In this document: positions 28,501 to 37,018 of the stretch, in pieces
Layout of the letters: each line of letters starts with the position of its first letter
Numbering within the stretch: the stretch's first letter is position 1
From: Myxococcota bacterium
GTDB lineage: Bacteria; Myxococcota_A; UBA9160; UBA6930
Length of the DNA: 64,000 nucleotides
Direction of reading: 5' to 3'
Assembly: GCA_965223705.1 (NCBI GenBank)
Contig: OZ245015.1
Coordinates: 4,064,001 to 4,128,000 of the forward strand
Made by a program: the position numbers and the translations under genes
The notes under the pieces: model-generated
Databases searched by the model: none
The model's input: the letters and a program-made list of their open reading frames with translations, nothing else
What the model was told of the DNA's origin: nothing

Positions 28501-29040
28501 TCCCGGGTAGAGCACCGGAAACGAGAGATCGTAGAAGCTCACCGTGCTGTCGCCCGGAATCGTCGAGCTCTTGCACGCGAGGTCATCCCCGGCGAGCGCC
28601 ACGGCGGCGCCCAACGGCCCCGTCCCCAGGAAGTTCGCGTGACGGAACGCGTCGCCCGTCCGATCGACCCCGGGGCTCTTCCCGTACCAGATCGAGACGA
28701 CTCCCTCGTACCGTTCGTGAGGGAAATGCTCGAGGAGCTGTGCCCCATAGAGGGCTGTGGCCGCGACTTCCTCGTTGATTCCCGGCCGAAAAACCACGTC
28801 GTGCTCGGCGAGGTGATGCGCGGCCCGGGTGAGCTGTTTGTCGTACTCGCCGAGCGGCGAGCCCTGATAGCCGGTGATGAACGTTCCGATCCGGTGTCCG
28901 GCAGCGCGGTCGAGGCGGGCCTGGTCGAGAGGAAGGCGGACCAGCGCCTGGATTCCGGTCATGGCAACCCGCCCTTCGGACTTCACGTACTTGTCGTCGA
29001 GCGAGAACGGGGCGGGCACGAGAAGAGCGTACTCGGGCAC
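25507..29040 (-). CDS. Fused indolepyruvate:ferredoxin oxidoreductase family protein
   Basis: GYQGSPLG, FCSGCPH, GIGCH, GDGT..HS, CEGCGDC, GIGGTG, QKGGAV, KDEYEVARL. Confidence 0.92.
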   Translation of the reverse strand: MPEYALLVPAPFSLDDKYVKSEGRVAMTGIQALVRLPLDQARLDRAAGHRIGTFITGYQGSPLGEYDKQLTRAAHHLAEHDVVFRPGINEEVAATALYGAQLLEHFPHERYEGVVSIWYGKSPGVDRTGDAFRHANFLGTGPLGAAVALAGDDLACKSSTIPGDSTVSFYDLSFPVLYPGNPEEVLSIGLHAIGMSRYSGLWSALKIVTNVADAGATVSLAPPQAPRIPRFEIDGRPFRKQQDHRLLPPFSVEMERQIYYERTAAALAYARENELDRVMVSTPEDRIGVVAAGKTYYDLVHALDLLGLSEEDLRRAGIRVYKPALIAPLEEQALRAFAAGLAEIVVVEDKRGFLETQIREALYNLSARPLVFGKRDARDNVLFAAHGELSADGIAVALADFLAERLRWPALRERTERLRAVDERSYGDVMSRTPYFCSGCPHNTSTKLPEGSDQAGGGIGCHAMATWMDRGVAWLPQMGGEGACWMGLSPFTEKEHIFQNVGDGTFAHSASKSFEACVAANVNITFRILYNAAVAMTGGQDVVGLGTPTSLARQLQIQGARRVVVITQDFDRYPLSDLGQRIQVRPRDDYDDVMRELRDVPGVTVIIFDQQCAAEKRRERKRGLQETPRKRVYINESVCEGCGDCGAKSNCLSVVPVKTPLGRKTAIHQSSCNLDYSCLQGDCPSFMTVTWGDDTRPVARAADRVPPEEIPEPTLPALDRPYKTMLIGIGGTGVVTVDALLVTAALLDGRHAAHLDQTGLSQKGGAVLSNLVVSNAPIRHGPKIVAGEADAVLAFDLLATAAPDNLRRFAPDRTRVVANTARTTTAQLVMDVTARYPSLEGLKEQLAPHCRSEDAYWVDAEAACEALLGGSATSNVFLLGAGYQRGCVPVTAASIERAIAANGVAVEDNLRAFRWGRLSVADPTAFADLENPPSPRALAVAEARLDRYAPKERRVFDELLASAPDELEEVLAPRLCELLLFQGESLARSYLRFVVQVDQAEEAQAAGRTGLAQAVATSYYKLLAIKDEYEVARLWLQDPLYESVTESFEGRITRHVHLHPPLLRRMGCNRKLVLGEWATGLFRALYAMRWVRGTPLDVFGFTRHRRLERSLGAWYRNLITEVLAHLDAENHNTVRDIALLPDRIRGYEGVKERGIEHAREEAQRLLDKLGTPTEAGA

Positions 29041-29143
29041 GCCACCGGGGTCGAGACGCCCCGAGCCGGTCGGTTTAAAGGTTTCAGGGTTTCGTTTCGA
29101 AGAGATTCATGCTAACGGCGTTCCCTGGGGTGAGGAGAATCCG

Positions 29144-29713
29144 ATGACAACGTCCGTCCTCTGGCGCTCCACGCGCGCTGTGGGGCTCTGCTGCGCAATG
29201 GGATTGGTGTTCGCAGCCGCGGCCGACGCCGCGTGGATCAGCGGCAACGTCCGGCTCAATCTTCGGAGCGGGCCGGGCAACGAGTATCGGATTCTCGGAA
29301 GCCTCGAGACCGGGGACGAACTCGAAGTCCTCGAACGCGGTAAACGCTGGACACGCATCCGGAATTCTGAAGGCGTCGTCGGCTATATCCCCGGGGGCTA
29401 CCTGGAGGACACACCGCCGGCCGAGGTTCGAGCGGCGGAGCTGAGCACACAGGTCGAGGAACTCACGGCAAAGCTCTCTGCGAGCGAAAGCGAGGCGGAA
29501 AGCCTACGCACCACGAACGAGAATCTTTCGGGCAATGACGAGACCCAAGAAGCCGAGATCGATCGCTTGACCCTCGAGAATGCCGAGCTCAAGGCCGGCG
29601 CGCGATGGCCGGAGTGGATCACCGGCGCGTTCATCCTCTCGACCGGCATGGCGCTCGGCGCGATCTTGCGCGGTCTCGCCGGCCGCGGCCGCCGCCAGCG
29701 CATCAAGCTCTAG
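29144..29713 (+). CDS. SH3b-domain membrane protein (YgiM/TIGR04211-like)
   Basis: Signal peptide, NLRSGPG SH3b domain, coiled coil, C-terminal TM with basic tail. Confidence 0.82.
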   Translation: MTTSVLWRSTRAVGLCCAMGLVFAAAADAAWISGNVRLNLRSGPGNEYRILGSLETGDELEVLERGKRWTRIRNSEGVVGYIPGGYLEDTPPAEVRAAELSTQVEELTAKLSASESEAESLRTTNENLSGNDETQEAEIDRLTLENAELKAGARWPEWITGAFILSTGMALGAILRGLAGRGRRQRIKL

Positions 29714-29722
29714 ACGACGCCC

Positions 29723-31111
29723 TCAGAGCCTCGGGGGAATCAGGAACATCGCGACCGTGCTCACCGCGGCGCACGCCAAGGCGATGAGGAACGTGTACCC
29801 CACGACCTCGCCAAAGCGCATCCGCGTCACGGCGAGAATCGGAATCGCGAAGAACGGTTGGATCAAGTTTGTCGTCGAGTCGCCGTACGCGTAGGCCAAG
29901 AGCGTCGTGACAACCGAGACGTCGAGCTTCTCCGCCGCGGCGAGTAGGAACGGCGCTTCGATCAGCCATTTCGACCCCGCTGACGGGATGAAGAGATTCA
30001 TGAAGCCGGAATAGACGTAGACCACGAAGGGATAGGTCTCTGTCGTCGACAGTCGCGCGAAGAGATCGCCGATCCAGTGCCCGAGATCGGTGTGAATCAT
30101 CAAACCGAAGATTCCCGCATAGAACGGGAACTGCACGATGATGCCCCAAGCGGAATCCACACCGTTTCGACAAGCGCGCAGGAATGGAAGCGGCCTGCCG
30201 TGGAGAAGCATCGCCGTCACCAGGAACACGGTGTTGTACGCGTTGATCGTCCAACTCGTGCCGAAACCCCGGGTGATCATCGAATGTCCGAGGGGGTAGG
30301 CGAACAGGACGACGGCGAGGAGGACCCAGATCCGCGAGCGTTCGAGCTTCGAGCGGGGTGTCCCATCATCCGGCGGATCTTCGGGAGGGGTCGGCAGAAT
30401 GGCATCGAGTTCTTCGGGGCCGAGTGTTTTCGCGTCGCGCGATGGATGCAGTGCAATCGCTGCGAGCCAAGCCGTCAGCGCGATGATCGGCAGGTAGACC
30501 AGGTTGAACGGGTGAAAGAGCGTTTCGGTCACCGGATACAGGCGGTCGACAACGGGCGCACCCGTCGCGGGTTCGAGCAGCGGATTGCCCGGTGTCGCGA
30601 GAATCAGGGGCGCGGAACCCGAAAAACCGCCGTGCCAAACCGTGCCGATTCCCATGTAACAGGCGGCGATCATGATGCGCACGTCCGCTTTGGGATTGCG
30701 GCGGCACAGAAACGGAACGAACAGCGCGCACGCGACCAGGCAAAGCGCCCAGTTGAGGTAGCCCGTCACGAACGAAAAACACGCGGCCAGGGTGACCGCC
30801 TGCAGGGGCTTTTCCGGATCGGGGACCGAAGCCAAACGGTCGAGGAGGCGGAACACGGGCTTCGATGCGACACACGCGCTCGCGGCGACCATGGCGATCG
30901 AGAATTGCATCGCCAGGGTCAGCAGCAGCCAGACGCCGTCGCCCCAAGCCAACAGAGCTTCCGCGACCGTCGCGCCGCCGCCCGTGATCGACAACACCAG
31001 GGCCAGCGCCGTCAAGGCCATACAGATGACCCACGCGTCCGGCACCCAGCGCTCGGTCACACGAGAAAACGCGGCACCCGCGCGTCGAGCGCCCTCGAGC
31101 AACACGTTCAT
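29723..31111 (-). CDS. atoE: Short-chain fatty acid transporter (AtoE family)
   Basis: WVPDAW, WHGGFSGSAPL, QFPFYAGI, FIPSAGSKW, NLIQPFFA. Confidence 0.85.
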   Translation of the reverse strand: MNVLLEGARRAGAAFSRVTERWVPDAWVICMALTALALVLSITGGGATVAEALLAWGDGVWLLLTLAMQFSIAMVAASACVASKPVFRLLDRLASVPDPEKPLQAVTLAACFSFVTGYLNWALCLVACALFVPFLCRRNPKADVRIMIAACYMGIGTVWHGGFSGSAPLILATPGNPLLEPATGAPVVDRLYPVTETLFHPFNLVYLPIIALTAWLAAIALHPSRDAKTLGPEELDAILPTPPEDPPDDGTPRSKLERSRIWVLLAVVLFAYPLGHSMITRGFGTSWTINAYNTVFLVTAMLLHGRPLPFLRACRNGVDSAWGIIVQFPFYAGIFGLMIHTDLGHWIGDLFARLSTTETYPFVVYVYSGFMNLFIPSAGSKWLIEAPFLLAAAEKLDVSVVTTLLAYAYGDSTTNLIQPFFAIPILAVTRMRFGEVVGYTFLIALACAAVSTVAMFLIPPRL

Positions 31112-31118
31112 GAAGGGC

Positions 31119-31982
31119 CTATGCGATCTCTGCGAGCCAACTCGAAACCGCGCGACCGATCTCGTCCGGCGAATCTTCTTGGATGAAGTGGGAGCCTTTC
31201 ACCGTCACTTCGCGCTGATTCGGCCAGCTGCGGCAGAACTCGCGCTGGGGCCCGATGAGAATGGCACCGGGATCCGCGTTGATGAACAGCTTGGGGAGCG
31301 GACTCGCGGCGAGCCAATTCGCGTAAGCGTCGACGATCTCGGTGACGTCGGCGGGCTCACCGTCGATCGGTATTTGACGGGGCCACGTGAGCGTCGGGCG
31401 GCGATCTTCACCGGATTCGCGGAAGGGTGTGCGATAAGCATCCATTTCCTCGTCGGTCAGCTTCCGGAGGATCGAGCCCGGAAGCACGCGCTCGACGAAC
31501 ACATTCTGCTCGAGGACCATCGCTTCGCCGGCGGGTGAGCGAAAACCCTGAAACACTTTTTTCGGTGCTTCGGGCCACTCCGCCCAGGTTAGCGGCCTCA
31601 CGATGGCTTCCATGTATGCGATGCCGCGCACGGCGTCGCGGTGGCGGTTCGCCCAGTCGAAGCCCAGCGCCGAACCCCAATCGTGGATCACGAGCGTGAC
31701 GTTCTCCTTTACGCCCAGGGCGTCGAGCAGGCCGTCCAAATAATCGCGATGTTCGACAAAGCGATACCGGTCGGGGCCGCTCGGTTCGAGCTTTTCGGAA
31801 TCTCCCATGCCGATGAGATCCGGCGCGATGCAGCGCCCTTGCGCGGTCAGGTGGGGCATGATGTTGCGCCACAGGTAACTCGACGTGGGATTGCCGTGGA
31901 GAAAGACGATCGGGTCGCCGCTTCCCATCTCGACGTAAGCCATTTGTTTTCCGGCGACTTGGGTGTGTTTCTTGTCTGTCAT
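31119..31982 (-). CDS. Haloalkane dehalogenase (LinB/DhaA-like)
   Basis: [37 protein letters not shown]; catalytic and halide-binding residues appear intact. Confidence 0.93.
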   Translation of the reverse strand: MTDKKHTQVAGKQMAYVEMGSGDPIVFLHGNPTSSYLWRNIMPHLTAQGRCIAPDLIGMGDSEKLEPSGPDRYRFVEHRDYLDGLLDALGVKENVTLVIHDWGSALGFDWANRHRDAVRGIAYMEAIVRPLTWAEWPEAPKKVFQGFRSPAGEAMVLEQNVFVERVLPGSILRKLTDEEMDAYRTPFRESGEDRRPTLTWPRQIPIDGEPADVTEIVDAYANWLAASPLPKLFINADPGAILIGPQREFCRSWPNQREVTVKGSHFIQEDSPDEIGRAVSSWLAEIA

Positions 31983-32033
31983 CGGCCGTCCTTCGAGCTT
32001 CTCGGGTGGAACCCGGCGCAGTATAGATCCGTT

Positions 32034-32900
32034 TCACGAACTTCCGCGAAGTCCGTGCAAAAGCGTCGTTTTGATCGTGCGCACGCCGGGCTTGCCGACG
32101 GGCGCCGCCGGTGCGGACAGGTCCGCGAGCACTTCTTCGGAGAGCGCGCGCATCTCGTCGAAAATTCGCGTGCCGCGTGCGTGATGCAAGATGGAGCCGG
32201 GTGTCGCCGACGCCGAATTCAGCGTTTCGAGCCGCGGGCTGCGCGATAGGCTGGCGGCGTAGTGGGCCAAGCCCCGCTCGACGACCTCGGCGCGAAGGTC
32301 GGCGAAAAACCCCCGCCCTCGCGAGGAAGCCTCGGTCCGCCGGTCGACCAATGTGAACACGACCCTCGCCCGAGCCACCGGAACGCGAAGTCGTGTCAGC
32401 AGATCGACCAACCGGAAAGCCTCGTCGAGCGCTGTGCGATCCGAAACCGGGAGCAAGATGCGGTCTGCCGCAACAAGCGCGTTTTGCGTCAGCGCTTCGA
32501 GGTCGCTCTTCGTGTCGATCAGCACGATACCCGGCCAGTCGCTGCGATCGAGCATCTCCCGGAGGATTCTCGGATCCGCCGCCCGGGCCTTGAGGAGTGC
32601 CGTGTCGGGCGGCGTCGGCACGTAGTGCACGCCGTACTCGCCGAGACGAGCGACGCGTTCAAAGCTCCGCTCGGCCCAGGCGTGTTTCAAGTTCCCGGGC
32701 TCGCTCCCCCGTCGGCCGTCCGGCGACTGAAGCGCGAACATCCGATCGATCACCCGCTGGTCGTCGAGCCCGACCAACAGAACCGGGAGTTCTTCCCGAA
32801 GTGCCCGCAAATAAATGGCGAGGTTCGTCGCGAGGGTCGTCTTCCCGACGCCGCCTTTGTTGGAGCACACCGCTATGACCGCTCGGGGGGTCGAGGTCAC
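32034..32900 (-). CDS. Orphan ParA/Soj-family ATPase
   Basis: Deviant Walker A NKGGVGKTT and LIDT; no parB adjacent. Confidence 0.85.
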   Translation of the reverse strand: MTSTPRAVIAVCSNKGGVGKTTLATNLAIYLRALREELPVLLVGLDDQRVIDRMFALQSPDGRRGSEPGNLKHAWAERSFERVARLGEYGVHYVPTPPDTALLKARAADPRILREMLDRSDWPGIVLIDTKSDLEALTQNALVAADRILLPVSDRTALDEAFRLVDLLTRLRVPVARARVVFTLVDRRTEASSRGRGFFADLRAEVVERGLAHYAASLSRSPRLETLNSASATPGSILHHARGTRIFDEMRALSEEVLADLSAPAAPVGKPGVRTIKTTLLHGLRGSS

Positions 32901-32965
32901 AGAGTCAGCTTAACCGAAAGGGGTCGAGGCACGAAAAACGCCGGCCGCTCTGGTAGGCTGCCGCG

Positions 32966-33703
32966 ATGTCGGTCTTGGGATTGATCCCCGCTCGCTACGC
33001 GTCGACGCGGTTTCCCGGAAAGCCGCTGGCGCCGATCCTCGGTGTTCCGATGATCGAACGTGTTTACCGCGGCGCCGCCGAGGCGACCTGCCTCGACGAT
33101 CTGCGAGTTGCGACTGACGACGCTCGGATCGCCGACGCGTGCCGCGATTTCGGAGCAGCGGTTTGCATGACGCGTGCGGACCACGCCACGGGCTCCGACC
33201 GCATCGCGGAAGTTGCCGGCCGCGAGGACGCCGAGATCGTCGTCAACATCCAGGGGGACGAGCCGCTCATCGAAGGCTTTGTCATCGACGCCGCCGTGAA
33301 CGCCCTGCGCGAGGAAAACGATGCGGTGATGTCGACACTCGCCCACGCGCTACCCGCGGTCGCACAGGACGACCCGAACCGTGTCAAAGTCGTGTGCGAT
33401 CAGCGCGGCGGCGCGCTCTACTTCTCACGCGCACCGATTCCCTTCCGACGAAACGCGGACGCTGCGGCTCCCGTCCTGCAACACATCGGTCTCTACGCCT
33501 ATCGTCGCGCGTTTCTTCTCGACTACGCCAAGCTCGCCGCGACGCCCCTCGAGAAGGGCGAAGCGCTGGAACAGCTACGCGTACTCGAACACGGTCATCG
33601 GATTCAAGTGGCGACCATCGAGGCTTGGCAAAGCTTTCCGGTGGACGTTCCGGCGGACGTTCCGCGCGTAGAAGCCGAGCTCATCCGGCGGGGGCGCGAT
33701 TAG
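32966..33703 (+). CDS. kdsB: 3-deoxy-manno-octulosonate cytidylyltransferase
   Basis: IPARYASTRFPGKPL, NIQGDEP, LYFSRAPIP, HIGLYAY, LEQLR. Confidence 0.95.
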   Translation: MSVLGLIPARYASTRFPGKPLAPILGVPMIERVYRGAAEATCLDDLRVATDDARIADACRDFGAAVCMTRADHATGSDRIAEVAGREDAEIVVNIQGDEPLIEGFVIDAAVNALREENDAVMSTLAHALPAVAQDDPNRVKVVCDQRGGALYFSRAPIPFRRNADAAAPVLQHIGLYAYRRAFLLDYAKLAATPLEKGEALEQLRVLEHGHRIQVATIEAWQSFPVDVPADVPRVEAELIRRGRD

Positions 33704-33942
33704 CCTTCGCGCGACTTCGCTCCGGCGTCGCGAAGCGCCGCGACGCTCGACACCGTCGATACGCCGTAGGGCACGAAAATCGTGAGGAGCATCTTCAGCA
33801 CATCGGCCGTTTCGATCCGGCCGGCGAGAATGCGATCGCCGTAGTTGATGGCGATGAGCAGCGTGCCCACGATGGCCGCGATGCGGAGCGCGCGGCGGAC
33901 CACGTCCGGTCGCCTCGCCAGCTCGAAGAAGCCCGGTTTCAT
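33700..33942 (-). CDS. NrtS-like small membrane protein (80 aa)
   Basis: C-terminal part of ORF 33700..34500: RRALRIAAIVGTLLIAINYGD...LTIFVPYGVST. Its ATG overlaps the nrsF-like stop (ATGA). Confidence 0.78.
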   Translation of the reverse strand: MKPGFFELARRPDVVRRALRIAAIVGTLLIAINYGDRILAGRIETADVLKMLLTIFVPYGVSTVSSVAALRDAGAKSREG

Positions 33943-34601
33943 GCCTCTCGTGAAAACTTGCGCAAGGCGAACAGCAGGGGCGTGACGAGGAGCATCGCGC
34001 CCGCGACGGGTGCCAGGACGTGACCGAGAAACAAGTGAACGGGATCGTCGTACGTGCAGTGGGTCATGCTCGCTATGGTGCTCAGTGCCGCCGAGCCCGC
34101 CGCTGCGGCGATCACGATAAACACCGGCCGCATGGCGGCGGCGCGCCCGGCAAACCAGAGCGCGGCTGCCGAAGGCAATAGAGCCGCGACACAGGCCATG
34201 ATGAGGCACGTCAGATGTGCGGCGAAGGGCGCCGACGCGACGGTCTCCGGGCGGTTGGCGATGAGCAACGACGTGACGGCCGCCGCTACGCCGAGCCCGC
34301 CGGCCCCGACGAAAAAACCGGCGCGAGTCGCCGCTTCGCGGCCCGGCACCGCGGCCGCCAGCGCGGCGATGACGCCTCCGAGGCCCGCCACGCCCAGCGC
34401 CAGAAACACCGCGAGAAGCCCCTTGTCCATCAACAGCACGTCGGCGTAGTCGGATCGCACGCCGAGGACAAACGCACCGATCAGGGAGACCAACAACCAA
34501 AAGGCGACGACCACCACGCCCATCGTGCGCAGCCGCGGAATCGGACGAACCGGCGTGAGGTCTTCGCTCAATGCGCGAATGAGATCGTCCGGGCCCGTCA
34601 T
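33939..34601 (-). CDS. NrsF/DUF1109-like membrane anti-sigma factor
   Basis: DDLIRALSEDLTPV N-terminus, about 6 TM segments, Cys in LTCL and HC; follows an ECF sigma gene. Confidence 0.8.
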   Translation of the reverse strand: MTGPDDLIRALSEDLTPVRPIPRLRTMGVVVVAFWLLVSLIGAFVLGVRSDYADVLLMDKGLLAVFLALGVAGLGGVIAALAAAVPGREAATRAGFFVGAGGLGVAAAVTSLLIANRPETVASAPFAAHLTCLIMACVAALLPSAAALWFAGRAAAMRPVFIVIAAAAGSAALSTIASMTHCTYDDPVHLFLGHVLAPVAGAMLLVTPLLFALRKFSREA

Positions 34602-34624
34602 ACGATCGTCGCCGCCCCCGCCCA

Positions 34625-35191
34625 CTACCATCGTTCGTTCCCGAGTGCGTCGCGCAAGCCGCGATAGCCGCGGTGGGCGCGCAACTTGAGCGCGCCAGAA
34701 CTCACACCGACTCGGTTTGCCGCTTCTTCGACGCTCAAGCCCTCGAGCTTCAGCAAGATGACCGCTTCGCGCTGGGCATCCGGCAGCAACGCGAGCGCGC
34801 GCGACAGCTCGGGCGAGAGACCGCGCTCGAACTCGTCCGGGGAGGGTCCCGTAGCTTTGGGCTCGACGTTCTCGACGTCGACATGGCGTTTCAGGTCACG
34901 GGTTTGTCGACGGCCCCAGTCGATCGCGGCGTTGCGCGCGATGGTCCGAACCCACGGGCCGAGCGGCCGCTCGGGGCGGTAGGTGTGACGCGCCGTGTGA
35001 ATCGAAAGCAGAACTTCTTGCATGACGTCGTCCGCCGCACTCGTATCGGAGACACGTCCGCGGACCACACGGCGAACGAACGGGACGAGATCTTCGAGCA
35101 GTCGGGCGTACGCCGCCTGATCGCCGCCTTGGGCCGCGGCCATCCACTCTCGCCAGCGCGGGTCCTCCTGAGACTGCGTCTCATCGCTCAT
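34625..35191 (-). CDS. ECF sigma factor (SigF/ECF16-like)
   Basis: MAAAQGGDQAAY, HTARHTY.P.RP..PW, LKLRAHRG. Start uncertain. Confidence 0.88.
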   Translation of the reverse strand: MSDETQSQEDPRWREWMAAAQGGDQAAYARLLEDLVPFVRRVVRGRVSDTSAADDVMQEVLLSIHTARHTYRPERPLGPWVRTIARNAAIDWGRRQTRDLKRHVDVENVEPKATGPSPDEFERGLSPELSRALALLPDAQREAVILLKLEGLSVEEAANRVGVSSGALKLRAHRGYRGLRDALGNERW

Positions 35192-35354
35192 ACGTTCTGC
35201 CACCACGCGGAGTTACGGCCACCGGCCGGGTTGCGGAAAATCCTAGCCATCGGCCCCGCGGGATACAAAATCGAAAAAGCGAAAGATTCTCTGCTACCTC
35301 CCGCCGTTTTTCGCCACTACCGGTACAGCAAAGCCAGATATCCCCTTCCCAGGA

Positions 35355-35387
35355 AGGCCCGGAACCGCACTCTGCGGTTCCGGGCCT
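35355..35387. terminator. 15-bp stem-loop downstream of the polA-rpoE unit
   Basis: AGGCCCGGAACCGCA-CTC-TGCGGTTCCGGGCCT. No clear U-tract, so it may instead be a 3' stabiliser. Confidence 0.5.
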
Positions 35388-35419
35388 CTCCATTTGGGGA
35401 AAACGTCGATTTCGGGCGC

Positions 35420-35866
35420 TTAGAAGTCGGGCTGGAGGATCAGAACGAGCCGCCCGTCCTGATAGTTCGGCCCACCGATCACGAGAGGCTTGCCGCGTTG
35501 GACCCGGAAATCGCCCTGGGCACTGCCTTTCCAATCGACCGACAGCAAGACGCCGGCATCGGAAATGTCTCCGGCGCGGGCTTTGACGGACGTTCCGTTC
35601 GGGAGTCCATGGCTCCATAGCTGGCCTTCGGCGATGCGGTGGCGGCTGCTCTCGAGGACCTTGAGCGAGGAGTACCGGAGCTGCTTGCCGAGGATCGCGT
35701 GAGCGCGGGCAGCGGCGGGCGTCGACTCGACGCCCGCGCCGGACTCGGAGACCAGGGCGACGGTCAGGGAAACTTGCACGTCGCCGGCCCGAGCCGCGGA
35801 AGCGACCACAAGCAAGAGCAGCGCGAAAAAGGCAACGGCGGGGAGCCTTCGGCTAACCCAGTCCAT
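35420..35866 (-). CDS. Exported hypothetical protein of the ECF operon
   Basis: Signal peptide ending ARA-G and beta-rich body; ATG 35866 overlaps the end of the anti-sigma gene. Confidence 0.7.
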   Translation of the reverse strand: MDWVSRRLPAVAFFALLLLVVASAARAGDVQVSLTVALVSESGAGVESTPAAARAHAILGKQLRYSSLKVLESSRHRIAEGQLWSHGLPNGTSVKARAGDISDAGVLLSVDWKGSAQGDFRVQRGKPLVIGGPNYQDGRLVLILQPDF

Positions 35867-36326
35867 CGATCCTCCTCTGGGACAATTCCTCGGGATCCGG
35901 CCCGGGGACCCAGATGATGGTCGCTTCGGCGTCATCTTGTAAGACCATGACCGCTTTCCCGCGGGCGTCGAGCCACCGAATCGACTCGACCGAGGGAGTA
36001 CCGCTCCCGGGCAGGAGCAGCCACCAGCCGATCGCGAGACAAGCGACCGCTGCGCCGGCGGCCAGTTCCGGCCAGCGCCAGTGCCAGCTCGGCGCGGCGG
36101 CCGCAGCCGGTGACTCGAGCTGCTCGGAAATCCCCGCCCACAAATCGACGGACGGCTCCGCGTGCGCGTCGGCCCGCAGGGCCTCCCCTACTTCAGACCA
36201 ACGCGCGAGCTCCTCCTGGGCCGACGCGTCGTGGCGCAGGCTGCGGCCCACCCACCAACGACTGAGTCCCGAGAGTTCTCCGTCGTGATAGGCGAGGAGC
36301 CGACGTTCTCGACGAGAGAGCTTCAT
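35853..36326 (-). CDS. Single-pass anti-sigma factor (RseA/RskA-like)
   Basis: LLAYHDGEL N-terminal anti-sigma domain, one TM, small periplasmic domain; ATGA overlap with the sigma gene. Confidence 0.75.
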   Translation of the reverse strand: MKLSRRERRLLAYHDGELSGLSRWWVGRSLRHDASAQEELARWSEVGEALRADAHAEPSVDLWAGISEQLESPAAAAAPSWHWRWPELAAGAAVACLAIGWWLLLPGSGTPSVESIRWLDARGKAVMVLQDDAEATIIWVPGPDPEELSQRRIDGLG

Positions 36327-37018
36327 TCGCCCTCCTCCGGCGCAACGGTTCCCGGGCTGATCCCGGCCGCCAGCAACGTGGCCTTCACTTGTTTGCGCGC
36401 GTAGTGCAAGCGGCTCATCACCGTGCCTTTCGGAATCCCCAGCGCCTTGGCGATCTCTGCGTAACTCAATCCGTCCACCTCGCGCATCACCAACGTGTCC
36501 CGGGGACCTTCGGGGAGTAGCGCCACCGCCTTCGCGATCTGCTCGCGGAGTTCTCCGCGCAGCGTTTCCGCGGCCGGCTCGAAGGCCACGCCCGCAACTT
36601 CGGGCGGCGCCATCTGCCCCGCCGCGACCTCCAGGGGGTCGGCATCTTCGAACTCCGCGAAGCGCTCGGGCCGGGCCCTCCGCTTCATGTCGAGGCACTG
36701 GTTCATCACCAAGCGGTAGAACCAGGTGTAGAATTTCGCGCGGCCCTCGAACTTTCCAAGCGAGCGGTACGCCTTGAGAAAAGCCTCCTGAACGGCGTCG
36801 CGCGCAGCGTCCTCATCCCGAAGCACGCGCCGGGCCAGCCCCAGCGCGCGGCCTTGATAGCGATCGACGAGCACCCGAAACGCATCGCTCTCGCCCGCTC
36901 TCACCCGACGGACGACCTCGGCGTCCGACCAGCCCGCGGGGCCTCGCTCATCCTCCTTACTGAGTTGAGACGGGCCGCCCGCCTTGGGTATTCGCGCTTT
37001 CTCAGGGGTGTCGCTCAA
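36323..37018 (-). CDS. RpoE/SigW-like ECF sigma factor
   Basis: DAVQEAFLKAY, FYTWFYR, SYAEIA..LGIPKGTVMSRLHYAR; TTG start overlaps the polA stop. Confidence 0.9.
   Translation of the reverse strand: MSDTPEKARIPKAGGPSQLSKEDERGPAGWSDAEVVRRVRAGESDAFRVLVDRYQGRALGLARRVLRDEDAARDAVQEAFLKAYRSLGKFEGRAKFYTWFYRLVMNQCLDMKRRARPERFAEFEDADPLEVAAGQMAPPEVAGVAFEPAAETLRGELREQIAKAVALLPEGPRDTLVMREVDGLSYAEIAKALGIPKGTVMSRLHYARKQVKATLLAAGISPGTVAPEEGE

Noticed and set aside
35191..35216. SigF-type autoregulatory promoter GTAACT-N16-CGTA on the minus strand
   Set aside because: The -10 element overlaps the proposed start codon, so it is plausible only if the true start is further downstream; unresolved.
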